This document shows, one piece after another, positions 25,549 through 35,463 of a stretch of 64,000 nucleotides of DNA. Below the pieces are notes generated by a model. The model did no database searches. It saw only the letters and a list, made by a program, of their open reading frames with translations, and was not told where the DNA came from. The stretch is from assembly GCA_008632985.1 (NCBI GenBank), contig QPGO01000095.1:121681-185680 (forward strand), in the 5' to 3' direction. Origin of the DNA: Psammoneis japonica (lineage: Eukaryota). A program made the translations under genes and the position numbers. Position 1 is the first letter of the stretch; the number at the start of each line of letters is the position of its first letter.

Positions 25549-28346
25549 TGTTCTTGTCATCCGCCAGCCAGATGTGGCAGTCACCATCCGAGAAGAACCA
25601 AACCCCGTCGGCATTCCCCGGGTCCAAAAGCCATTCCTGTTCTGCGTGCACATCCGGCAGATAAATCTTGGTGCGGGGAAGGTTGTTCTCATGACGGCAC
25701 TGGGTGGGTTGTCCTCATTGCACCTGCGGTTGTGTTCCGTTGCTGCAGTTCCACCGCCACGGCGGCCACCAGACTTGTTCCATTTCTTCTTCTTGTTTGT
25801 GGGCATGGTCAAACTGTTTTCATGAAAGCAGTGGACAATGGACAAGGTCATGTCTGAGAAATCTGTGTGGTGTGTTCATCACACATGGACTGAGTGTTGT
25901 GGTCAATCACTCAACACTCTTTTTTCGTTTTTTGGTTTCGGACACAAGTTGAAAATGAGTCGAGGGTTAAAATCTGGGCCACTTCAATCTTTTCGAGCTG
26001 TTTCATCTTTTTCACTTTCTTTTTTTGCTTGGTTTTAGGATTGGCCACACGAGAAAATGCAAACAGACAAAACTCATTCACCGCCGACCCCTGCCATTGG
26101 AACTCAGTTTAGATTCTGTCTCTTTCTGCATGCCAAAGCATGCAGAGCAAGCCCTGCCTCAAAGGCAAAGTGCAACAAGGGGAACTGACACAAAACAGAA
26201 ACCAAATGCAGGGTTGCTTTGCGTTGCAATGACGAAACTCCAAAAACAAGTGAGTGCTTGGAGCAGAACATGCAGCTGTGCAATGTGCAGATGCCAGCCA
26301 ATCATTTGCACATGCATTTGGTGCGGTGCTGTCACCAAATGAACCACCATTGTTGTCTTTCACACAAGGTGTGTAAAATGATTGCTCCATGCAAAGAATT
26401 GATTTTCTGAGATTCAACTCTGAACAACATGCAGCAGTGACAATGTCAAAAGTGCTCCTCCCAACAACAAGAACAGAGTTGAGAATGCCACCATGGAGGA
26501 CTCAGCATCTCCAACTGACCCGCCAACAGAAGTCACAATTGATGGCAAGCAGTTGGATGAACCAAACAAGTCCAAAAAGAGAACCCACTTCAACGCAATT
26601 TCTTTTTTCTGCTCAAACCTGCCGGAAGAGCCCTGGTGTCTGGTGCCCATGTTGGTTTTGAGCAAAAGCCAGTTGCCATCAGTTTTGAGTGCTTGGAGCT
26701 TGGCCACCCACTTTGTGCTAGTTCCCAAGACTGGACTGCAACACTGTGGAAGCCTGTCATCACAAGAATGTGCAGGCAATGCTGCACTAAAGACAAAAAA
26801 GAAAGTCAAACAAAATCTCAGCAATGTGAATGACTCAACCAAACAAAATGCTGCACTGCATGTGAAAACCACATTAGAGTTGAAAGCTCTTGAGCACAAG
26901 AATCTGCCAAAGAAGGTCATCAAGCAAGTGGGGTGCAGAAGGTTCTTTGCATGATGCACAAGGCACCCCCCCCCCTGAAAAATGCAGTTGCATGACTTGA
27001 GCCCAGCCCCCACCTCTTGACCACATGTGGTGTCAAACAAAGATCAGCCAAAGGTGCGCACACATGACTGCCACTTTTCACAGCACTGATGCACTCCTGC
27101 AGATCACACCAGGCCATGCCATGCTCTGATTCTTTCCTGACAATGGCAAAATGCTGAGAACATTGTGTCAACAGCATGGCACCATCATGATCAAGTGTGC
27201 TTCATGGCTGTTCTGAGTGGGAGAGGCTTGGCACCAGCTGCAAGAGATCCCAATGCTGACCTTGCAGCAACGGCAGTCATTGAGTTCCTTGAAAACTGTG
27301 CCCACGAAGTCAGCTTGCTTTCCAAAAAAAAATGACAAAGCCTGATCACTTGCTGCCCCTCCTGTCTTGCAAAAAAGGGCCGCTGCCTTGCAGGATGCCT
27401 GCTGCAGCAAAACCAAGCATGGGCCAAATGTCAAAACTGACAACTGTCAAAGTCAATCAGCCCCAACACTGCATGTCACTTCTGCTGGCATGAAGGCATG
27501 TGATCACATGCAGGCACAATCATGTTGCCCAACATCTGCAAAGGTGCTGCCATGTTCATTTGCAAGGAACATCTCAAAGAGTGCACAAATCCCTCCATGA
27601 CTTCAGCAATGATGCCAAGCACAAGACCATTTCAGAAAAGCAATTCCTTGTTTGTCCAAGTGTTTCAAGAAGCTCCACCAGCAAAATCTCCCACACTCCT
27701 TCACTCTTTGCTGCCATCACACCACCCACCATCCCTGGCAACTCATCCAGTGCTGCCACTGCCAGTGCGCGGTTGTTGGACTGTGCAGGCGTGTGTGCGT
27801 GTGTGAGGTGCAAGCAGAACAAACGTAGAATTGCTGCTGATGAGTTGACAGGCAGTGGATTTTCCGCCGGCACACAATCTACGCGGTCTACATGGAAGAT
27901 AAATTTATGTTGGTCTCTTGCGGTTTTAAATGTCATTGAAATTTCTTTGACCTTGAAGAGACACATGCCCGAATTCAAAAAAGTGAGGAACACCCCAAAA
28001 CACATTTTAGAGGACAACAAAGAACATTTCTGTTTAACGGTCCGAAACGCTTCTCAAAACATCTGCAGATTCTACACAGTGAAACATCTGCTGTCAGCAA
28101 AACAGAGTCACTGTTGGACAAATAGATCCCGTGTTCTTCGCGCGCAAACAACACGATGGCGCACAACAACACCATGGCGAGAAACGCGAACGCCGTCCCC
28201 TCATCTACAAGCTGGGAATGCGAGATGCTGTTGAAGTGGTTGGACAACATGCATGCGCTGCATTCATGGGTCAAGTTGGGTTTCTTCTCGCTGCTTGTTG
28301 TTGCATCATTTTACAACGTTTTGACCCACGCCGTGTTCTTTGCTTT

Positions 28347-28780
28347 TGCAGCATGCCTCGCTGCTGGACAACACAGCGAGACCGTGCGTGAGCCTCTTGC
28401 ATGTGGCAACGTAGCATTGTCAACACGCACCTGGGAAGCACAACCACAGGAGGGCGTGGCTCTGGGTCCCAGGCAATTCCAGAAGGATGCTAAGAGAGCA
28501 TCCGTGTGAAGCACACCAGCCCGTCGTCTGGCCCACGATGGTGGCGTGATCCCACACGATGACATCACTCGTGCATGGCGCGTGATGGCTTGATTCGCAC
28601 GATCCACAATGCGAGTGCACGATCGATTTGATGCGATCCAAATGCGAACGAAACAGGGATTTGGCAAGATTCCCTGTTTGCACGATCCCATTTTCTCCAC
28701 TCTAAACCAGCTCACAATTTTCACAACGACAAAGTCGCAACACATCTTCTTTTTTCAGCGCCTGGTGCATGCACAGGGCA
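28347..28780 (+). repeat. 5' LTR (434 bp)
   Basis: Direct repeat of 33204-33636; begins tgcagcatgcctcg and ends cagggca. Confidence 0.92.
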
Positions 28781-28874
28781 CAGCAATGTTGCTCCCGCAC
28801 ATTGTGCGAGGCAACGAAATCTGCAGAAACGAAACTGCGAAATGTTGGCAGGACCGACAAATCTCAAAACGACC

Positions 28875-29918
28875 ATGAAGAAGCGGATTGAGCCGCCGAT
28901 TCCGTTCGCACGGCCGGAGAAGAAAGAGCTGCAGCAGGGCGAGTGCCAGACATTCAAGCTGCGCAACAACCCTGCTGATCCGGATGGTCCAACGCACGAG
29001 ATGGGCATCCCGCACCTTTCTGCGGCTGCATGCGAGACACTCCCAATCTTTCTGCGCAACGTGGATCGCGTGCACGAAGGACAAAACATCACGACCGGGC
29101 CAGCGAAATTTGCCCTTGTGCGTGACCTGCTGCAGGGCGATGCTCTGACGTCATTTGACAATGCTGCTGACAAGCAGGCGTCCCAAACCAACGCTGCGTG
29201 CGCAGCGTGCGTCGCGAAGCTAAAGGAAAGCATCTTCCCAAACAGGGCGGTGCTGTTGCAGAAGCGTTGTCTGCGGCGCTTCATGCGCAAGCCCGCAGAG
29301 GTTTCCACTCGTGACTGCGTCGCGAGGGCTGTTGAAATTAACGGCTGCATCTCTCAGTTTCCACCCGTGATGGAGGATGGAGAAACACCGGCACCATTAC
29401 CCAATGACGAACTATGTGATGTGTTCGAGTACGGTGTGCCGAACGCATGGCAGAAGTTCATGACGCTACAGAACTTTGACCCGTTGGCGCATGCTATCGC
29501 CGAATTTGTACAGTTCTGCGAGCGCATCGAGCAGGTCGAGCTTGCCGAAGGTAACCAGGACCAACATACTAAGGTTTCACGTAAGAAGGGACGTAGAATG
29601 GACAATCCTGAGTCGTTGATCACGACCCAGCGGAACACCCAGAAGTCGTGTATGCTACACGGGACTAACTGTGGACATGATGCGGAAGATTGCCGTCAGC
29701 TCAAGCACCACGTGAAACGTGTCAAGACTGGACATTCCAATAACGGAGGCGGCAAGCCTAATACAAAACCTCGGAATGAGGAAGATATTAATACTCTCAT
29801 CGGATCGAAGGTCGAGGAGTACTTTGCCAACGCTCAGAAAAAGCGTAAGGCCCGCGAGGAGGAGCTTAATCACTTCCGCGACCTCAACTTAAGTGATTCC
29901 GAAGACTCGGACGCCTGA
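28875..29918 (+). CDS. gag: Gypsy gag-like ORF (5' half hypermutated)
   Basis: Open 347-codon ORF just after the 5' LTR, with zinc-knuckle-like CMLHGTNCGHDAEDC. Confidence 0.75.
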   Translation: MKKRIEPPIPFARPEKKELQQGECQTFKLRNNPADPDGPTHEMGIPHLSAAACETLPIFLRNVDRVHEGQNITTGPAKFALVRDLLQGDALTSFDNAADKQASQTNAACAACVAKLKESIFPNRAVLLQKRCLRRFMRKPAEVSTRDCVARAVEINGCISQFPPVMEDGETPAPLPNDELCDVFEYGVPNAWQKFMTLQNFDPLAHAIAEFVQFCERIEQVELAEGNQDQHTKVSRKKGRRMDNPESLITTQRNTQKSCMLHGTNCGHDAEDCRQLKHHVKRVKTGHSNNGGGKPNTKPRNEEDINTLIGSKVEEYFANAQKKRKAREEELNHFRDLNLSDSEDSDA

Positions 29919-32900
29919 GAAGGGGGCCGACACGATGCAGGTAGTTTTAATACATTAGATGAATGTATAAATGAACAACTGAATTACCATCGTACACGTG
30001 TTGTAGGCCAATCCCGCAAACGAGTTAAAAAGACTCATCTTACTCCAATGTTGTTTATAGCTATGAATACTAAACATGGCAAGGGCAAGACTCAAACCAT
30101 TAAGGCACTACTAGATAGTGGCGCCAGCAGTGCTCTACTTGATAGTCGATACTGTAAACGTCTGCGAAGCCATTCAACGGCTGAGACAAACTGGACTACG
30201 GTAGCAGGCTCGTTTAGTACGTCTAACGACTGTACCGTTAAATTTTGGTTACAAGAATTATCCGAAACTGCAGAACTTAAACATACCGTCCACGTACACA
30301 ACGGAAAGTTGGGCAAGTACGATATGATTATTGGACGTGACATTCTGGAGACACAAGGCATTGATATTGTCTTCTCTAAACAGATGATAGAGTGGCCATT
30401 AGTCAATGGAGAACTACCAATGAGGCACGTAGATGCTACGGTGGAAACCTCCTTCTAGCTTCAAGATCCAGAAGCCATTTATCTTCGGAAACCGACCGGA
30501 TTTCGCGTATTTTAGACGCTAAGTACGCGCCGGCCTGCCTCGAGGACATAACGCGAGGGGCAATAGAACTTTCTATAGTTCAACAAAACGACCTTTTGGC
30601 ACTATTGAAACGCCATGAGTCCTTATTTGATGGGACATTAGGAGAATGGAAGGGAGAACCCTACCATATCCAACTCAAGGAGGGTGTAGAACCATACCAC
30701 GCTCGTCCGTATAAAGTACCTCGTGCGTACGAAGCTACGCTACGTAAAGAAGTAGAACGCCTAGTACGTATCGGTGTTCTCAAACGCGTTAACCGATCCC
30801 AATGGGCAGCTCCATCATTTATCATACCGAAGAAAGATTTAACGGTGCGCTTTATTAATGATTTGAGAGAGCTGAATAAACGGATCAAGCGATTGCCTTA
30901 TCCGATTCCTCATATCCAAGACATGCTACTCAAGCTCGAAGGCTTTATGTGGGCTACATCGCTGGATTTAAACATGGGCTATTGTCACATCCGATTGGAT
31001 GCTGACAGCAAGAAGCTCTGCACGCTCATCTTCCCGTGGGGCAAGTGTGAGATGCAGGTGTTGCCCATGGGATTGTGCAACTCGCCAGACATTTTCCAAG
31101 AACGCATGTCAGGCTTGTTTGAAGATCTGTCGTTCGTTCGAACGCACTTAGATGACCTTCTCGTCGTGACGAAAGGCACCTGTGAAGATCACCTCAACAA
31201 ACTTGAAGAAGTTTCATTGAGGGTCCAGAAAGCAGGACTGAAAGTTAACGCAACTAAATCTCACTTCTGTCAAACCCAATTAGAACACTTGGGTCATCTG
31301 GTCAACAGAGACGGAATGCGACCAATGCCCAATGAAGTCGACGCCATCAAGCGAATCGCGACCTGCGTTCATTCATTGGCATGGTGAGCTGCTGCCGCGA
31401 CACGTGGACCAGACGTTCTGAAGTCTTGGCTCCACTGACATGACTCGCAAGCAAGACTGTTAAGTGGGAGTGGATGTCCGTTGAAGACGAGGCGTTCGAA
31501 ACCGTTGAACGGGCAATGTCGGATGATGTTTTGTTGTCGCATCCTGATTTTAACAAACCCTTTGAGATGCATGCCGATGCCTCTAAATGTCAATTGGGAG
31601 CAGTTGTGTCCCAAGACAATAAACCTGTCGCCTTTTGCAGCAGAAAGCTCAACAGTGCGCAATTAAATTGTGCAACAACGGAGAGAGAATTGCTTGCCAT
31701 TGTGGAGACATTGAAAGAATTTCGAACGATTCTCCTTGGTCATCGTGTGATCATGCATGCTGATCATAAAAATCTTGCGTGCAAAGCATTCAATGCTGAG
31801 CGCGTCATGCGCTGGCGGTCAATGTGCGAAGAGTGCGGTCCCGAATTGCGCTGTGTCAAGGGCACCCATGACCCAGTTGCTGGCGCTCTTGGTCGCCTTC
31901 GACTGGCACCCAGCTTGCCTTCCGAGGCCAATCCGGATGTAAAAGACACTCCATTGAGTCGTCCTTTGCATGAAGCCTTTAGTGCAGATGCTCAAGATGA
32001 GCTGTCTCTGCCTGTTGGCTTCAAGCGCATTCAAAAAGCACAACAAAAGGACAAGCGCCCACTCTCAAGAGCCAAGGACTCGTCCGACTGCTCCATTCGC
32101 GCACATCGTGGGGGAGGGTCATCACGACAGTCAATCTGTCATAAGGACAAAATTGCAGCACCACAGTCATTGCAGGTTCCGCCAACTGAATGGTGCCACG
32201 AGACACTGTGTCATCCAGGTGAGACACGCACGGAAATGTCCATTGCCCAGCACTTCCATTGGCCCAGTGTGAGGTCTACGGTGCATTCTACGTGCGTCAA
32301 GTGCGATCGATGCCAGAAGACAAAACGCCAAACGCAGCGTCATGGGAAGCTGCCAGAAAAGGTCGCAGAGATAATTCCATGGGAGACTCCATGCACAGAC
32401 ATGACAGGGCCACATAAAATTCAAAGACGCGGAAAGGACACCTTGCAATTGTGGGCAGTCACAATGATTGACCCAGCAACTGGGTGGTTCGAGATCAAAG
32501 AAGTGTCTGCGAAACGCGCAGACGTCGCAGCAAACGTCGTGGAACAAACGTGGCCATGCAGACATCCGTGGCCAACCCAGGTGGTTTATGACCGTGGGAC
32601 AGAATTTGTGGCAGAATTTGGCCAGATGATTAAAAATGACTGTGGGATTTTGAAGAAACCCACAAGCAAACGGAATCCACAGGCAAATGCCATGGTGGAA
32701 CGTGCACACCAGACACTTGGCAACATGGCACCGTGCACTCCTTTTCAACACAGGATGTGGAACTAGACAAAGATGACCCATGGAGTGGCATCCTCTCCGC
32801 AGTGGCCTTCGCCATTGGAGCTGCGGCACACACGACCACGCGTGCAAGTTCCGTGCAATTGGTCTTCGGACGCGATGCGGTTTTGTCCATTGCCTGTCAT

Positions 32901-33165
32901 GCCAAGTGGAAGCACACAGAAACCAGAAAGCAGAAGCTCACCCACTTAAACAACAAGCGTGAAAATCAGAAACGCAAGGAGCATCAACACACCGCAGGGC
33001 AATTGGCACTTGTCAAACAGGAACAATCCTCTAAACACGGTTCTGACAGCTGTGCAGGACCCGCCAGAGTTGTCCGTGTGCATGACAACAGCACGTTGCG
33101 CATCCAGAACGGAGTGCTGACAGACACGCATAATCTACGGCAGATTGCACCCCATCACCAGCAAG
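29919..33165 (+). pseudogene. pol: Gypsy pol (protease, RT, RNase H, integrase), disrupted
   Basis: ALLDSGAS (PR). SQWAAPSFIIPKKD, DLRELNK, LPMGLCNSPDIFQ, T(H)LDD (RT). DAS..LGAV and ERELLAIV (RH). HETLCHPG, DRGTEF and NPQANAMVER (IN). Stop and frameshift at about 30456-30480, deletion at about 31362, TGA at 31441, frameshift at about 32730. Confidence 0.92.
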
Positions 33166-33203
33166 ACATTCTGTCACTCAACGGCCCTGATCATGGGGGA
33201 GTG

Positions 33204-33636
33204 TGCAGCATGCCTCGCCACTGGACAACACGGCGAGACCGTGCACAAGCCTCTTGTGCGTGGCAACGCAGTGTTGTTAACACGCACCTGGGAAGCACGA
33301 CCACAGGAGGGCGTGGCTCTAGGTCTTAGGCAATTCCAGAAGGATGCTAAGAGAGCATCCGTGTGAAGCACACTAGCCCGTCGTCTGGCCCACGATGGTA
33401 GCGTGATCCCACACGATGACATCACTCGTGCATGGCGCGTGATGGCTTGATTCGCACGATCCATAATGCGAACGCACGATCGATTTAATACGATCCAAAT
33501 GCGAACGAATAGGGATTTGGCAAGATTCCCTATTCGCACGATCCCATTTTCTCTACTCTAAACTAGCTCATAATTTTCACAACGACAAAGTCGTAACACA
33601 TCTTCTTTTTTCAGCGCCTAGTACATACATAGGGCA
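33204..33636 (+). repeat. 3' LTR (433 bp)
   Basis: Follows the PPT and ends tagggca before the CTTT TSD. Keeps many TA sites that the 5' LTR has lost. Confidence 0.92.
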
Positions 33637-33849
33637 CTTTGTTGCTTCTGCTCGCGCACCACCAACAGCTTTTCCTGCAGGGTGTGGCTCACGGCAAAAC
33701 CAAAAAGCAACCAACCAACCTAAAAGCAAATGGAAATGGGAAGTTCCCCAAGCAGTGTGACCACCTGGAACCTGGAAGCTCTGCCAAAACCACAAACAAC
33801 TTTTCTGAAGAAGCCCCACCCAAGCAATTCAAGGAGGGATTGCCAGGGC

Positions 33850-35463
33850 TGGCCGCCTGCTGCTTGCACTTTCACCCTTCATCCTTGCAGCACACATTCT
33901 GGAATGGCGCCATTCTCCTGTGTCTTTTGCATGCTGTGTTCATCAACAGTTCACAGTGCTGTGAGTGCAGAGTCAAAGGATGAGCCCACAGCAAGCATCC
34001 AAGGCATTGAAACTGAGTTGCCAATGGAGACATGACTCATGACAACAGCAATTGTGCCCTGCAATCAGCGCTGGGTCTGTCACTTCTTGCACAACTGCTC
34101 TTGCCACTGACTCATTTCCTTCTTTCAATGCCAGTGCTTCTTCATCCTCCCTTGAAAGCTGTGCTGCTTGCAAGCCTCCACTTTCTTTCACCACAACTCC
34201 AGACAAAAAGCTCAATCTTGTGTTTGAGGCTTTCTTGGCTGTGTCTTCAGCAAGTGCACAACCATCATCTGTGGAAAAGGCAGGTTCTTGCACATGTGAC
34301 AACAGAAATGTGAACAAGAAGGCACTTGGCTGCAAAGGATCAAACCAAGAAATGCCGCCAAATTGAGATCTGCTGTTGTGCACCCTTTTTGTTTGCACCG
34401 TGGGTTTCTTTTTGGAAAAGACCAGCAAAGAATGGTGTGCATTTTGCCCTGATCAAGCAGTGCTCAGACAGGAAAAGTGGGAGCTTCAAACATCTGCATG
34501 ACTTTGCCTTTTCTCACACAAGCAACAAGATCTCATTTTCAGTGAATTGCTTTGAGCATTGCTCTGGCACAGTCTCAACAGCACAGGTCTTCTTGCAGAG
34601 TCAGAGAACTCCCCAAGGAGCCCTTGAGCATCTGCAAACAAGCAGCTGCTGTGTTGTCATCATCTCTAAATGCATTTGGCACACCTTGCAACTCCACACA
34701 CAGCCTTCCCAAAATGACACACTAGAGAGGAACCTTCTGACATGGCCCAGGTTGCTTGACACAGGGTGGTTGTCAATGACAACACTGCTTTGATGAAGCA
34801 TGTGATTGATGACAAAGATGGCTGCTCTTTTGGTCTTGCCAGAAGTGCACATGGGTCAGGCTAGCTTCAAAGACTGGACTTGGGTGCACCACAATTTCCC
34901 AGAGGTCAAAGCTGCCATGGTTGACATGACAACTTCAAATTTGTTGAAGTGTTGCAGCACTGACAAATTGACTGGCTTCTGCATCCCCAAAAACTTCAAA
35001 AAAGCAGCAAAGAAAAAGCACACAGAAATGGGCTGCCAGAAGCTTGATGGCATCAGCATTGATTGTGCAGGCAAGTTTGCACAAACATTTCCTGCTGAGG
35101 ATGACATGTTCTGCAGTGAGCACAGATGATTGCTTGCAACAAATTGGAATGACCAAAAGATGCACACCAAAGAGAAAGCCTGGAAGCTCAAACAACAAAA
35201 AGATCTTCTGACAATTGTGTTGTCAAGGAAAGTCTTGGCACAGAATGCATGACAAGCAATGCAAAATTGACACAAACACTCAATGCTGACTTTGTCAATG
35301 CTTTGCAAAATCACTCCATGGTTGTGCTGGGTGAGAATGCTGAAACAAAACAAGGCAAAACCAAGCATGCTTCACACCAATGAGCTGGTGGAAAGGGACA
35401 TCCTTGGCCCTTGTGTCATCCGAGTGTTGCAGGCCAGCCAATGCAAAGTGGTCTTTTTGGCAT
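33850..35463 (+). repeat. About 1.6-kb dispersed repeat, copy 2
   Basis: Colinear with 21640-23270. Confidence 0.8.

Larger units (their letters stand above)
19200..29390. other. TpA-depleted hypermutated domain 3 (nested decayed repeats plus the 5' part of the gypsy element)
   Basis: Near absence of TA over about 10 kb; dense overlapping Tyr-poor spurious ORFs. Confidence 0.85.
28347..33636 (+). mobile_element. Full-length but inactivated Ty3/gypsy LTR retrotransposon
   Basis: TG...CA LTRs. 4-bp TSD CTTT at 28343-28346 and 33637-33640. PPT-like gggggagtg at 33195-33203. Domain order gag-PR-RT-RH-IN. Confidence 0.95.

Noticed and set aside
28781..28800. Primer-binding site after the 5' LTR
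   Set aside because: No recognisable TGG-initiated tRNA complement. The region may be mutated, so it cannot be assigned.
28347..33636. Classical RIP or plain 5mC deamination as the explanation
   Set aside because: RIP would create TA and stop codons, whereas here conserved Tyr codons lose TA. CpG decay cannot remove TpA, and CpG is still abundant in the element.
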